DNA of 64,000 nucleotides from Eledone cirrhosa (GCA_964016885.1 OZ024741.1:214644001-214708000); one strand, 5' to 3'; shown: positions 1 to 12,800, numbered from the stretch's first letter. Notes: generated from the sequence alone by a model not told the origin. Program-made: numbers and translations.

Positions 1-1060
1 AGAAAGAATGAGAGTGAGAGAGGAGAAGGAATGGGTGAGAGAAGAGAAGGAATGGGTGAGAGGGGAGAAGGAATGGGTGAGAGAGGAGAAGGAATGGGTG
101 AGAGAGGAGAAGGAATGGGTTAGAGGGGAGAAGGAATAGAGAGAGGAGAAGGAATGGGTGAGAGGGGAGAAGGAATGGGTGGGAGAGGAGAAGGAATGGG
201 TGAGAGAGGAGAAGGAATGGGTGAGAGAGGAGAAGGAATGGGTGAGAGAGGAGAAGGAATGGGTGAGAGGGGAGAAAGAATGAGAGTGAGAGAGGAGAAG
301 GAATGGGTGAGAGAAGAGAAGGAATGGGTGAGAGGGGAGAAGGAATGGGTGAGAGAGGAGAAGGAATGGGTGAGAGAGGAGAAGGAATGGGTGAGAGAGG
401 AGAAGGAATAGAGAGAGGAGAAGGAATGGGTGAGAGGGGAGAAGGAATGGGTGAGAGAGGAGAAGGAATGGGTGAGAGAGGAGAAGGAATGGGTGAGAGA
501 GGAGAAGGAATGGGTGAGAGAGGAGAAGGAATGGGTGATAGAGAGAGAAAGAGTGAGAGAGGACAAATAATGGGTGAGAGAAGGGGAAAGGTGAAAGAGT
601 GAGTGAGAAGAAAGAATTGGTGAGTGAGAGTCAGAGGGAGAAGAAAGAATGAGTGAGAGAGACAGAGAGGGAGATGAAAGAATGAGTGAGAGTGAGAGAG
701 AGAAAGAAGAGAAAGAGAGAAAGAAAGAGAGATAAAGACAGAGAGAAAGAGAAAGAGAAAGAGAAGGAGAAAGAGAAAGAGAAAGAGAAAGAGAAGAAAG
801 AATGGGTGAGAGAGAGTGAGAGAAAGTGGGAGTGAGAGAGAGGGGAGAAGAAAGAATGAGTGAGAGAGACGGGGAGAATGAACGAATGAGTGAGAGAGAG
901 GGGGAGAAGAACGAATGAGTGAGGGAGAGGGGTGAAAGAAAGAATGAGTGAGAGAGTAGGGGTAAAAGAAATAATGAGTGAGAGAGAGGGGGGGGGGAGA
1001 AGATAGAATGAGTGAGAGAGAAAAGAAAGTATGGGTGAGAGAGAAGAGAAAGTGGGAGTG
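1..1060. repeat. Purine-rich 21-bp minisatellite (GAGAGAGGAGAAGGAATGGGT)n decaying into (GA)-rich low-complexity sequence
   Basis: The unit repeats near-perfectly over ~14-540 and is degenerate to ~1060. ORFs here are repeat translations. Confidence 0.95.
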
Positions 1061-1179
1061 GGATTAAAAGATGTGAGACTGTTAGATGGAATGATTACTT
1101 ATCACCAATACACCAGGGAAATCAAGAAACATGTTGCCAAGCAAATTTTAACATTACTTTCTTTTTTCTTCACTGACAA

Positions 1180-1720
1180 TAACACACACACACACACACA
1201 CATACACACATACATACACACATACACACAGATATATTGTATATATATATGTGATATGCATTTATGTATATATATATACAATATACACACACACATACAC
1301 ACACACATACATATACACATACGCACAGATATATTATATATATGTGATATGCATTTGTATTTATATATATATACACACACACATACATATACACATACGC
1401 TCAGATATATTATAAATATGTGATATGCAGGTGTGTATATATATATATAAACACACACACATACACACACACATACATATACACATACGCACAGATATAT
1501 TATATATATGTGATATGCATGTGTGTATATATACATATAAATATATATATACACACACATAAAACACACACTTACATACATGTGTGTGTACACATAGAGA
1601 GAGAGGGAGATAGATAGGGGGAGAGAGGGGAGGGAGAGAGGGAAGAGAGAGCGGGGAGAGAGAAGGGGGAGAAAGAGAGGGGGTGACAGAGAGAGAGAGA
1701 GAGAGGGGGAGAGAGACATG
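1180..1720. repeat. Compound (CA)n/(TA)n microsatellite with a ~80-97-bp higher-order unit, followed by (GA)n
   Basis: CAGATATAT...ATGTGATATGCA recurs four times (~1229, 1326, 1402, 1492). Confidence 0.85.
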
Positions 1721-1833
1721 AATCCAGTGAAAATCCATACAATTTCTTGTTTTCAAACAGTGGACTTCAGTAACACTTTTTTTACAGCCTCGTGTTCGTA
1801 TAACACTTAAGTCATCATCATCATCATTATCAT

Positions 1834-2021
1834 GCGGTGGATTGGCAGAATCGGTAGAGTGTCGGAGACCATGCTTTGCAGCATAGAGTTACGGCCCTTG
1901 CCATTCTGAGTTCAAATCCCGCCGATGTTAACTTTACCTTTCGTCCTTATGGGGTCGATAAAATAAAGTACCAGTAATGTACTGGTGTTTGATGGCATTG
2001 TGCCTAAAGTAGAAACAATTA
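1834..2021 (+). mobile_element. tRNA-derived SINE, family 1
   Basis: Box A-like TGGCAGAATCGG, box B GAGTTCAAATCC, central TTAACTTTACCTTTCGTCCTTATGGGGTCGATAAAATAAAGTACCAG, 3' TTGTGCCTAAAGTAGAAACAATTAT. Many copies in the window. Confidence 0.85.
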
Positions 2022-2084
2022 TCATTATCATCATCATCTTCTTCTTCTACTACGACTACTAACTACTACTACTACTAATGATAA

Positions 2085-2180
2085 TAATAAAAGTAGTAGT
2101 AGTAGTAGTAGTGGTGGTGGTGGTAGTGGTAGTGGTAGTATTAGTAATCGTACTCATAGTAGTAGTAGTAGTGGTGGGAT

Positions 2181-2214
<34 letters not shown>

Positions 2215-2352
2215 GGTAGTGGCAGTATTAGTAGTCGTAGTCGTTGTAGTAGTAGTAGTGGTAGGATTAGTAGTAGTAGTAGAAATAGTAGTAGTGGTGG
2301 TAGTAGTAGTGGTGGTGCTGCTGGTAGTAGTAGTAGTAGTAATAGTAGTAGT
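2085..2352. repeat. (GTA)n/(GTG)n trinucleotide microsatellite
   Basis: Direct inspection. Confidence 0.95.
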
Positions 2353-2353
2353 T

Positions 2354-2540
2354 GGGCGGTGGATTGGCAGCATAGAGTTATGTCCCTTTGCCTTCTGAGT
2401 TTAAATCCCGCCAATAATTAGCTTTCCCTTTCATCCTTACAGGTTGGATAAAATAAAGTACCAGTAACACAATGGGGCCGATTTAATCGACTTTCCCTAA
2501 CACTAAATTGCTGGCCTTGTGCCTAAATCAGAAATTCTTA
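2354..2540 (+). mobile_element. SINE family 1 copy with an internal head deletion
   Basis: GGGCGGTGGATTGGCAG...TTCATCCTTACAGGTTGGATAAAATAAAGTACCAG...GGCCTTGTGCCTAAATCAGAAATT. Confidence 0.8.
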
Positions 2541-2730
2541 TTCTTATCCTCATCACTCTTGCTCGCATGCCATCACTTAAACTGGAGCAAAGTGAAATAA
2601 AATGTCTTGTGGAAGGAGACAGGGCGTTGGAATTGAAAGTCATAAATTTACGATGGTGAACACATCATACTAACTGCTAGGACACACTTCCATCGACGCC
2701 CGTACACACCGCTATATCACACATAGAGGA

Positions 2731-2940
2731 TCGATCGAATTTCGTCAAATCGGACCGAGGAAACAATGTTTCCGTCGGTCTTTCCAGTTGCTATTACTAC
2801 CTATCGGAACTCCAGGTTGAAGGGGCAACGTGAAATAAAGTGTCTTGCTCAAGGACATAACGCATCGCCCGGACCAGGAATCGAACTAACAACCTCAAGA
2901 TTGTAAATCCAATTCTCTAACCACTACGCCACACGCCTTC
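2731..2940 (-). mobile_element. tRNA-derived SINE, family 2 (a degenerate neighbour lies at ~2575-2690)
   Basis: Minus strand reads GGCGTGTGGCGTAGTGGTTAGAG (box A), GTTCGATTCC (box B), TGTCCTTGAGCAAGACACTTTATTTCACGTTGC. Matches 33871-34085 and 36942-37085. Confidence 0.8.
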
Positions 2941-3059
2941 ACACATAAATATACATATATTCAGATGCTGCAACGCTAACAGCAACTGAAACCAAGTGCT
3001 CCAGGCGCAAATCCATATTCTTACGGGATCATCGGATGCTAAGAGAGTACATACACCAA

Positions 3060-3890
<831 letters not shown>

Positions 3891-4647
3891 TTTATGGTCG
3901 CGTGCGTGCGTGTGATTAGATGTACATGTGTATGTATGTGCGCTTTTGTATGTATGTACGCATGTATGTGCTTTTGTCTGTACGTATTTATATATATATT
4001 TTTATATATATATGTGTGTACGAACCTCTGTATGTTTTCTAATTTTCCTAGTGTTACTTTATAATTGATAACCCTCCCTCTTTACTTTCTCTTTGATTTA
4101 AGTTTTTTTATTCTCATATATTTTTTCATTTTTTCATTTTCATATTTTATGTTTTTATATATGTATCGACCTTCAGCCTGACACTGCTTTGACTGATACA
4201 CTCCCTTCCCTGTATATATCACATGCCTGTATGTAGTTGCGCGTGAGTGTGTGTTTATACGCGGGCTTTCGTACTTGTATGTGTATATATTTCAATCCTT
4301 AGTCCCTGAGTCTGTATGTACGTTAACTCTATTATCTTACAATTTCTTTTTTCAACATATATTATATACGTATTTGTGGTCACGCATACACTGATATGCT
4401 TGCCCTCATATATGTACTTACGCACACATTTTTACACTATACACATGCATTTGTACATACACACATATGTACATTTGTAGGTGCATATACACACATTTAT
4501 ACACAAACCCTTACTATATTTCCTTTTTTTTTATATAACTCTTGCATTACTTTTATTTATTTTTTTGCCCGTTAAACTTTTGCCTTTCTTGGGGAGATTT
4601 TTCAAATATTTCACTATGTTTTAAATTGCCTTGTCTGACGAACTTTG

Positions 4648-4750
4648 GTGAGGTGAACTTTGTCTTTCATCCTTACGGGGTCGATAAAATATAGTACCAG
4701 TAATAAACTGGATTATTTGCTGGTCTTGTGCCAAAAGTAGAAACAATTAT
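4648..4750 (+). mobile_element. 5'-truncated SINE family 1
   Basis: CTTTCATCCTTACGGGGTCGATAAAATATAGTACCAG...CTTGTGCCAAAAGTAGAAACAATTAT. Confidence 0.8.
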
Positions 4751-4800
4751 ATATATTTCCAGGGTACCAAAATTTTGGTGCGCTATCATCAGATAAAATA
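4748..4800 (-). ncRNA. Hammerhead-like motif lacking the 3' strand of stem I; same family as 61263-61321
   Basis: TATTTTAT-CTGATGA-TAGCGCACCA..TGGTACCCTG-GAAA-TATATATA, with the SINE tail abutting at the predicted cleavage site. The flank (to ~4860) is homologous to 61265-61388. Confidence 0.55.
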
Positions 4801-4899
4801 CGAAGTGTGTTTTATACATTTTGACATAATCAAGGAAATATACCTTAACGGTTCAAGTTTTCCCTGGAAAGTACATTTATATATATATAATAATTACTT

Positions 4900-5496
4900 A
4901 GACAAAACCTATATATTTGCTAGCATAAGTATGCATCTGTGTATATATATGTTACTAGATATATTAATTCTTTATAATTATCTCCAAATTATTTTGTCGA
5001 GTAAAAATTGGCCAAAACTGCAACTATAGTAACGGTCCGGCTGCTGTCTTCTTAACAAACCACTCTTCACTGATTGACCTCGATGTCACGTGACTGATTC
5101 TTTTGAATTTGCCACCGACGCAGTAGGCAGTGATTTTTTCAATGGCTTGGAATTTAGTCCACGCTTTGCTATTTTCCATCCACTGAATTATTTTTGTATA
5201 AGTTCCCTGTGTCCACGTATTGCCTGGAAACTTAGCTGAGAATAGACTTCCCTGATGACGAAAGGCTTCTCCGTACGTTTCTTCGGAAACTATGTTTATT
5301 CCCTTTCAGAAACTAATTAGTTAGAGTGAAATTTTAGTAAGTAAGCTAATTTTATAATTTTCTTATTTTACCTCTTTCATATTATTGTTCTGCATCCCCA
5401 TGCATTGAACCACAAAGTTACTAAGACAAAACCTATATATTTGCTAGCATAAGTATGCATCTGTGTATATATATGTTACTAGATATATTAATTCTT

Positions 5497-5500
<4 letters not shown>
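4900..5500. repeat. 77-bp direct repeats (4900-4976, 5424-5500) bracketing a unique core with a hammerhead-like motif; probable Penelope-like pseudo-LTR remnant
   Basis: AGACAAAACCTATATATTTGCTAGCATAAG...ATTAATTCTTTATA is duplicated with a 524-bp period. Confidence 0.7.
5246..5327 (+). ncRNA. Hammerhead-like motif with a long loop II
   Basis: CTGATGA-C-GAAAGG...CCTTTC-A-GAAAC-TAATTA-GTT. Stem III region AACTAATTAGTT is a perfect palindrome. Stem I is weak. Confidence 0.5.
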
Positions 5501-5542
<42 letters not shown>

Positions 5543-5933
5543 CAAGGAATTGAGTACCTTAGACGTAGGTACTCAATTCCTGGTATATATATATATTGTA
5601 TTTTAATTTCACTGCCCCAACTTCTTATATTATGGAAAAAATATATGTGTCTGTATGTATATATATATATATATATATTTGAAGGCCATTTCTCTGTGTG
5701 TGGGTGTATGTATATGTATATGTGTGTGTGTGTGTATGTGTGTGCATGTGGATGTATGTATTGTGTGTGCGTGTGTGTGTGTGTGTGTATGTATGTGGGT
5801 ATCTGGATGTATGCGTATGTGTATATATATATATATATATATATGCGTGTGTGTGTGTGTGTGTATATATATGTGTGTGTATGTGTGTGTATATAAATGT
5901 GTGTGTGTGTGTGTATGTTTGTATGTGTGTATG

Positions 5934-5974
<41 letters not shown>

Positions 5975-5978
5975 GTGG

Positions 5979-6030
<52 letters not shown>

Positions 6031-6089
6031 ATATATATATATGTGTGTGTATGTATGTGTGTATCTGGATGTATGTGTATGTATATATA

Positions 6090-6154
<65 letters not shown>

Positions 6155-6300
6155 ATGTGTATATATATATGTGTGTGTGTGTATATGTGTATGTATATGT
6201 ATGTGTGTGTGTATGTATGTGTGTATATGTATATATATATATATATATATATGTATATGTATATGTATGTATGTGTGGATGAAGGTATGTGTGTATATAT
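5500..6300. repeat. (TA)n/(TG)n compound microsatellite including a 15-bp-stem hairpin at 5545-5581
   Basis: AGGAATTGAGTACCT-tagacgt-AGGTACTCAATTCCT. Confidence 0.9.
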
Positions 6301-6617
6301 AGGTGTAAGTGCACTAAATCCCTTTCTATCACGCTCCACTCTCCTACCCATCACAGGAAGATATGTGTATGTATATTGCTTCCACCCCCTCACTGACCAG
6401 CAGCTGGCCAGTTGGTGATTGCTAAATCTGACCTTTATAAAATAACCCACACCCCAAATAACTTCTCATTCACTACCAGAAAGGGACACAGCAGTCAACC
6501 TGTTGTTGCTACCAAGATGAAAACTGCTATGAAATCCCACAATGAATTTTATACTTGAATTTTCAAGTCTCAAATTTTAACTCTTCGTATTATTAATTTT
6601 TCTTAATATTAATCAAC

Positions 6618-6660
6618 ATTTGAAAAGATGGCTTTTGCAGACCCATCGAAACCGGTCATT
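6618..6660 (+). ncRNA. Degenerate or variant hammerhead-like motif
   Basis: TTGAAAA-GATGG(cttttgcagac)CCATC-GAAAC-CG-GTC. Palindromic ACCGGT stem III, but stem I is nearly absent. Confidence 0.35.
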
Positions 6661-6798
6661 TTTTATACCCTTTATTATTTCCTTACCTTATAAAATTATG
6701 TTTTTTCACAAAAAAGTATTCTGTCTCTTATATATTCCATGTGCCATTACCAACCTCAATTTTCTCTATAACCTTCGCTTTGTGTAGAAAATTACACT

Positions 6799-6846
<48 letters not shown>

Positions 6847-6914
6847 GGTGGGTGATGTATACATATTATACATATACGTATATGCGCAATAACACAATTA
6901 CATGTGCACAGTAA

Positions 6915-6974
<60 letters not shown>

Positions 6975-7077
6975 AATGTATATATACTGTATTTTGCAAT
7001 ACACTGTATGCTTAATTAAAAGCATTTTGAAGACCTTATGCTATTGTTTTAAAGTAGTGACATTCTCACTTACTTTA

Positions 7078-7172
7078 ATTTTCAGCAAACATGGGAGATA
7101 AAGCTGACAGAGCTATGTTTCGTACTGATTGGTACTTATCAAAGCCAAATACTCCCCCTGTTTGCTGAAAAT
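7078..7172 (-). ncRNA. Variant type-I hammerhead (UUGAUAA core), array copy 1
   Basis: Reverse complement of the motif described at 8021-8115, with a few substitutions. Confidence 0.55.
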
Positions 7173-7400
7173 CGTGAATGTTTGATTCTTATAGAATTTC
7201 TAGTAATAATCAGGAACTGATTATACAGAACGGTTGCTGGTCAATCAGAAATTGAAAATTAGAATTGGCGCTCTGAAATACCGATATATAAATGAATGTA
7301 TATATAGTGTATTTTGCAATACACTGTATGCTTAATTAAAAGCATTTCGAAGACCTTATGCTATTGTTTTAAAGTAGTGATAGTCTCACTTACTTTTCTA

Positions 7401-7495
7401 ATTTTCAACAAACAGGGGAGATAAAGCTGACAGAGCTATGTTTCGTACTGATTGGTACTTATCAAAGCCAAGTACTCCACCTGTTTGCTGAAAAT
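7401..7495 (-). ncRNA. Variant type-I hammerhead, array copy 2
   Basis: As 8021-8115. Confidence 0.55.
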
Positions 7496-7723
7496 CATGA
7501 ATGTTTGATTCTTATAGAATTTCTAGTAATAATCAGGAACTGATTATACAGAACGGTTGCTGGTCAATCAGAAATTGAAAATTAGAATTGGCGCTCTGAA
7601 ATACCGATATATAAATGAATGTATATATAGTGTATTTTGCAATACACTGTATGCTTAATTAAAAGCATTTCGAAGACCTTATGCTATTGTTTTAAAGTAG
7701 TGATAGTCTCACTTACTTTTCTA

Positions 7724-7818
7724 ATTTTCAACAAACAGGGGAGATAAAGCTGACAGAGCTATGTTTCGTACTGATTGGTACTTATCAAAGCCAAGTACTC
7801 CACCTGTTTGCTGAAAAT
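7724..7818 (-). ncRNA. Variant type-I hammerhead, array copy 3
   Basis: As 8021-8115. Confidence 0.55.
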
Positions 7819-8020
7819 CATGAATGTTTGATTCTTATAGAATTTCTAGTAATAATCAGGTATATACAGTGTATTGCAAAATACACTATATATACATTCA
7901 TATATATATCGCTATTTCAGAGCGCCAATTATAATTTTCAATTTCTGCTTGACCGGCAACCGCTCTGTATAATCAGTTCGCGATTATTACTAGAAATTCT
8001 ATAAGAATCAAACATTCATG

Positions 8021-8115
8021 ATTTTCAGCAAACAGGTGGAGTACTTGGCTTTGATAAGTACCAATCAGTACGAAACATAGCTCTGTCAGCTTTATCTCCC
8101 CTGTTTGCTGAAAAT
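8021..8115 (+). ncRNA. Variant type-I hammerhead (UUGAUAA core), inverted copy
   Basis: ATTTTCAGCAAACAGGTGGAG..GGCT-TTGATAA-GTAC(caatca)GTAC-GAAAC-ATAGCTCT-GTC-AGCT..CTCCCCTGTTTGCTGAAAAT. About 20-bp outer stem I, internal loop, 4-bp inner stem I, near-palindromic stem III, GUC triplet. Confidence 0.6.
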
Positions 8116-8725
8116 TTAAAGTAAGTAAGACTGTCACTACTTTAAAACAATAGCATAAGGTCTTCGAAATGCTTTTAATTAAGCATACAGTGTATTGCAA
8201 AATACACTTTATATACATTCATATATATATCGCTATTTCAGACCGCCAATTCTAATATATATATATATATATATACACACAACCATAGTTGTGTGTTAAA
8301 GGTAATTACCATACTTGTAATGAAACAATAAAAATACTAATGAGTTGACATCACAATTTCGATATATTTCCTTACTGGTGTCTAATTAAAGTAGGCGCTG
8401 TCTACATATATCTATTAAAACATCTGTCAGCTTCCTTCTAAATATCTAATTACACACGTTTCCCATAAATTTCTTAATCTTTCGTTGTGTTATCGGAAAA
8501 GTCCTCATCCTGGACAATCACCCGGCTAGAAATAGTTGCTAAATATGTTTTGATCCTCAATACTCATACTATCCTCTTAAAATTTTGACACTAAAACAAC
8601 TGAAACCACAACTGGTTCTAGGATACAAATCAGTTTCTTTTAAAGTGTTTATACATATGCACGTACGTACATGATGGCTTCCCCCTCATTATCGAGTATG
8701 GCCAAGCACGAGAAAAAAAAAGAAC

Positions 8726-8798
<73 letters not shown>
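8726..8798 (+). repeat. (TAA)n tract, left edge of retrotransposon cluster 1
   Basis: Direct inspection. Confidence 0.98.
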
Positions 8799-8800
<2 letters not shown>

Positions 8801-8927
8801 GGCATGCTTGCTTGGAACAGCAAGAACCCTCCGATACGTCCTGAATATCTGAGGCTGCAGGTAGTGGCTTGATATTCAATCCAACGGACTTTCCAGTTAA
8901 CCAACATCAATGACTGAGATTCAAGGA
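8797..8927 (+). mobile_element. R4/Dong-like family A (subfamily A1), extreme 5'-truncated copy (last codons plus 3' UTR)
   Basis: Near-identical to 45017-45147. (TAA)n on both sides. Confidence 0.92.
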
Positions 8928-8961
8928 ATAACAATAACAATAATAATAATAATAATAATTT

Positions 8962-9452
8962 AATGGTATGAGCATAGGCCAGAGGCGGTGATGGAGAACA
9001 ATCAGGTGAAGGTGCTGTGGGATTTTAGGATACAGACGGACAAAAAACTGGAACACAATAGACCTGACCTGGTGGTTGTGGACAAAGAAAAAAGATCCTG
9101 TCTGATTGTGGATGTGGCCTGCCCGTTCGACACGAGAGTGCAAGAGAAGGAGAGGGAGAAAATTAACCGATACCAGGACCTAAAGTGGGAGGTGAAAAGG
9201 ATTTGGAACTGCCATGAAGTCAAAGTGATCCCGATTGTCATAGGCGCACTGGGGACTATCTCCAAAAGTTTCCAGGGATGGTTAAAGAAAATCGGCCCCT
9301 TCACGCTTTTTGGAACGCTTCAAAAGGCATGCTTGCTTGGAACAGCAAGAACCCTCCGATACGCCCTGAATATCTGAGGCTGCAGGTAGTGGCTTGATAT
9401 TCAATCCAACGGACTTTCCAGTTAACCAACATCAATGACTGAGATTCAAGGA
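8962..9452 (+). mobile_element. R4/Dong-like family A1, 5'-truncated copy (RLE domain plus 3' UTR)
   Basis: ORF 8988-9377 has HNRPDLVVVDK..IVDVACPFD..EKINRY (PD-(D/E)xK-type). (TAA)n tail at 9452-9505. Confidence 0.93.
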
Positions 9453-9811
9453 ATAACAACAATACTAATAATAATAATAGTAATAATAATAATAGTAATA
9501 ATAATGATTTCTTTATTGGCCACAAGGGCTGACATCAAGGAAAACATTACAGACGGCACAGGACGGTACAGGACGATACGATGTGGGTTTTGTGCGTGTA
9601 AATATTTTTATTATTTATATAAAAAAAGAAAAAAAAGGACATAGATACATATATTTATATATAAACAATAAAAATGAAAATTGAAACAATGAAAAATGCC
9701 CCAATAGGGGGGAAACCTCCGAGGGTTACTCGTGGCCAAAACCACACAAAAGACTACCGCCACCCTGACCAGCAGGGCAAGCGCCCTCTCTCAATTTTTC
9801 CATTTCTCAAA

Positions 9812-12800
9812 CTACAAACGTATATTCAGAGTGGTCCCGTTCACTCGGACCATTCTCGCTACATTCACCCACCTTTCAACAAACTTGCTAGAAGGCAGCA
9901 CTTGCCTCTCCACCCTGATTTTCCTCTTCAAGTGAAACTTGAAAAAGTTAATTAGAGATTCGCCGAAGAGGAAAGTGTCTGTCTTTAACCCTTTTAACCT
10001 TGTCCACAACACAATCTCTTTCGCCATGGCCACCAAGCAGATGAAAACCTCCTGCCCTTCCTCCTCGAAGGAAGACGGCGAAACCATCTGCACAATGGAC
10101 TCAGTCGACAACCGGATCAGTCCCACACGCGACAGCAACTGTTCGACTTAGCTCCACAAGTCAGCAATGCTCGGGCACTGAACGAGTGCGTGCACGACGG
10201 TTTCGTCGTTCTGCGCGCATCTCGGACAGGCTCGGCTGACAGCACTTCCGTGCTTGTAGAGCTTATCTCGAACCGGCAACGCTCCCCGGTAGCACTGCCA
10301 GGTCAGGGATTTTGGGAAGTTATCCATAGGCCCTGGGCTGAAAGTTCTCCGGAAGAGAGCAAACAGCTGATCTTCTTCGACGCCCAGGATCTCTCCGAGA
10401 ATGTCGTCGCTCTTCCCCTCCACTTGTCCTCTATAGAACGCCGAGGTGGATGTTCCACCGATACTGGTGCCCAGCTGGCAGAGGGTAGTGAGCGCCTGGA
10501 GACATTCCAGATTCCAAGCGCTATCCTCGGTCTTTTTCTGACCCAGGACTGCAGCTCCTTCAAGGAGACGAGCTATGGGAAAACGTGCCTGGCGAACGGC
10601 GACCACACCTGTTCACCATCAAGGAAGCACCAGAGATGTCGCAGCCTCAGCTCATGTTTGCGCATCATCAGCCATGGCATGCCCAGTCCTCCTCGCAACG
10701 GGTGTTGACAGCAGATGGATCGTCTGACCATGGGAGCGCGTCCGTTCCACAAAAAGCGGAAGAGGAGGCGCTCCATTTTGGTGAGAGTTGGGCTGGAGCA
10801 AGGGACGACGGTGAGGCGGTAGCAGAAGACAGATGCAATGTACGCATTCGCCGCCTCCGCCCGGCCTTTCAGGGACAGCTTCCTCTCAGCCCATTTCTGG
10901 GTGAGGGAGGCCACCCTGCTCGTCACCTCGTTCGAGTTTTTCTCCATCTGGAGGTCCGGTCCGAACCAGACCCCGAGCAATTTAAACGGTCCGTCCGTCC
11001 AACGCCCCACGACGCTGTGGGACGGCATGGACTTGCCTCTCCAGGTGCCGAGCTGCAAGCCCACTGACTTTTCCTGGTTTATCTTTGCTCCTGTCACCGC
11101 TTCGTATTCCATGTGCCGAGCATCTGGACGTGTCTGATGCTCGACACCACCACGGTGACGTCGTCAGCGTAAGCCGACTCGGATTTCCTGCATCCTTGTT
11201 CGCGTGGGACGCCCCTCATCGCCCCCAGTTTGTGCAGTAACGGCTCGAGAGCTAATACGTACAAGGAGGAGAGGGGACAATCCTGGCGGACTGAGCGCAT
11301 GATGCTGAACGGCTGCGACAGGTGACCGTTCTCCCTCATAACTGAGCAGTTGTCGCTGTACATTGCTGCGATCCAACCCCTGAAAACGGGCCCGAAACCG
11401 GCTGCCGCGAGGACCGCCGCCAGGTACCGATGGTCGACCCTATCGAATGCTTTGGATTGATCCAAGTTGATCAGGGCTCCACCCGTGCCAGCTTCCTTAA
11501 CCACCCTCTCTATGATGTATCGCAATGAGGTGGAGGTTATCGTGTATGCATCTGTCCGGAATGGCGCATCTCTGCGCCTCACCCACCAGACCCTTGACGA
11601 CTAGTGCCATCCTCGTTGCTAACACCTTGGCCACAATCTTGAACTCTGCGTTTAGCAGGGTTATGGGACTGAAATTATCGATAATATCCCCCTTGTTCGG
11701 GTCTTTTCTCAGCAGCGGCACTGCTCCCCGGCTCACAAAACTGAGAATGCTCCCGTTCTGCTGCCAGTTGCAGTAGACGTTTGCGAAGAGGTCACCGAAC
11801 GAGTCTGGCATAAATGCATAAAGCTCGTAGGGCAGACCATCCAAACCTGGCGATTAACCCCTTGTGCAGTTTGCCATCGCTTCCCGTATTTCACCGGCTG
11901 TTATTGGCTTTTCACAACACTGTGCTGCGGTCGTCGAGAGCCGAGGCAGTCCGTCGAGGTATGCACTGAAGTACATGCCTCAATCCGGGCCGCCGCCGCT
12001 CCCGAAGAGTTCAGCAAAGTCTGCTGAAAAACTTCACACATCCGCTCGGGTTCGAGCATCACGCAGCCGTTTTGGTCAGACAAAGACCGAATTGTGGCTT
12101 CGTTGCCACGTCGCGCCTCTGCCAACCAGGCCCATTGGACGGCTTTTGTCACCTCGTGTTTCAGAGCACGCGCTCTAGCTCTGACAACGCAGCCTTCGTG
12201 TTTTGCGTTGAAGAATTGGTCGAGTGCCAATCTCGCCGCAAGCACGTCGGCTGCGATGTCTGTCCTAAACGCCTCTTCTAGCTTTCTGACTAGCTCTCCC
12301 TCTACTCTATTTTCCTCTATCACTACTCCTTTGCTAAACCTAATCGACTCTACTTTAATTGCCCTTTTTAGGGCAAACCACCACCTGTTGTTGACGACCG
12401 CTCCTGTCAATGCCCGCTTAACTAATACACTAATCCGGTCTCTGTAAGTTTTGCGCACCGGGAAAGACGCGTTCAGCTTCCAGTAACCAGGCCCTTGTCT
12501 ATGAAGTCTGTCTATGTCGATCTCACAGATCACAAATTTGTGGTCTATGTAGTCGACTATTTTAAATTGTGGACAACTTATACTAGCCTTATCTAGTTCT
12601 CCGCAGAATACCCTATCGAGATACGATCTGGATGACCCGATGCGGTTTGTCCATGTCCACATTGGCACATTCGGGTGATCCAGTCGATACCTCTCATAGA
12701 GTTCAAAACGTCTGAGCAGGTTGGTGAGGCTCTTGCACCCTCCTCCCCTATCCACTAGCCCCACACAATCCCAGCGTGCATCCAAGATACCGTTCCAGTG

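Larger units (their letters stand above)
6974..8256. repeat. ~320-bp unit: about 2.75 direct tandem copies followed by about 1.2 inverted copies, embedded in (TA)n
   Basis: GTATTTTGCAATACACTG recurs at 6989, 7309 and 7632. Orientation flips at ~7861. Confidence 0.92.

Noticed and set aside
1741-1800. Possible host exon after a strong acceptor (TTTCTTGTTTTCAAACAG); similar at ~36615-36670
   Set aside because: There is no convincing donor or coding signal, so it cannot be supported without RNA-seq.
1834-1925. tRNA gene-like A and B boxes
   Set aside because: There is no cloverleaf, and the boxes are followed by the SINE body in multiple copies, so these are SINE heads.
6974-7860. CRISPR-like or satellite array
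   Set aside because: Whole units repeat with no unique spacers, the context is eukaryotic, and there are too few copies for a satellite.
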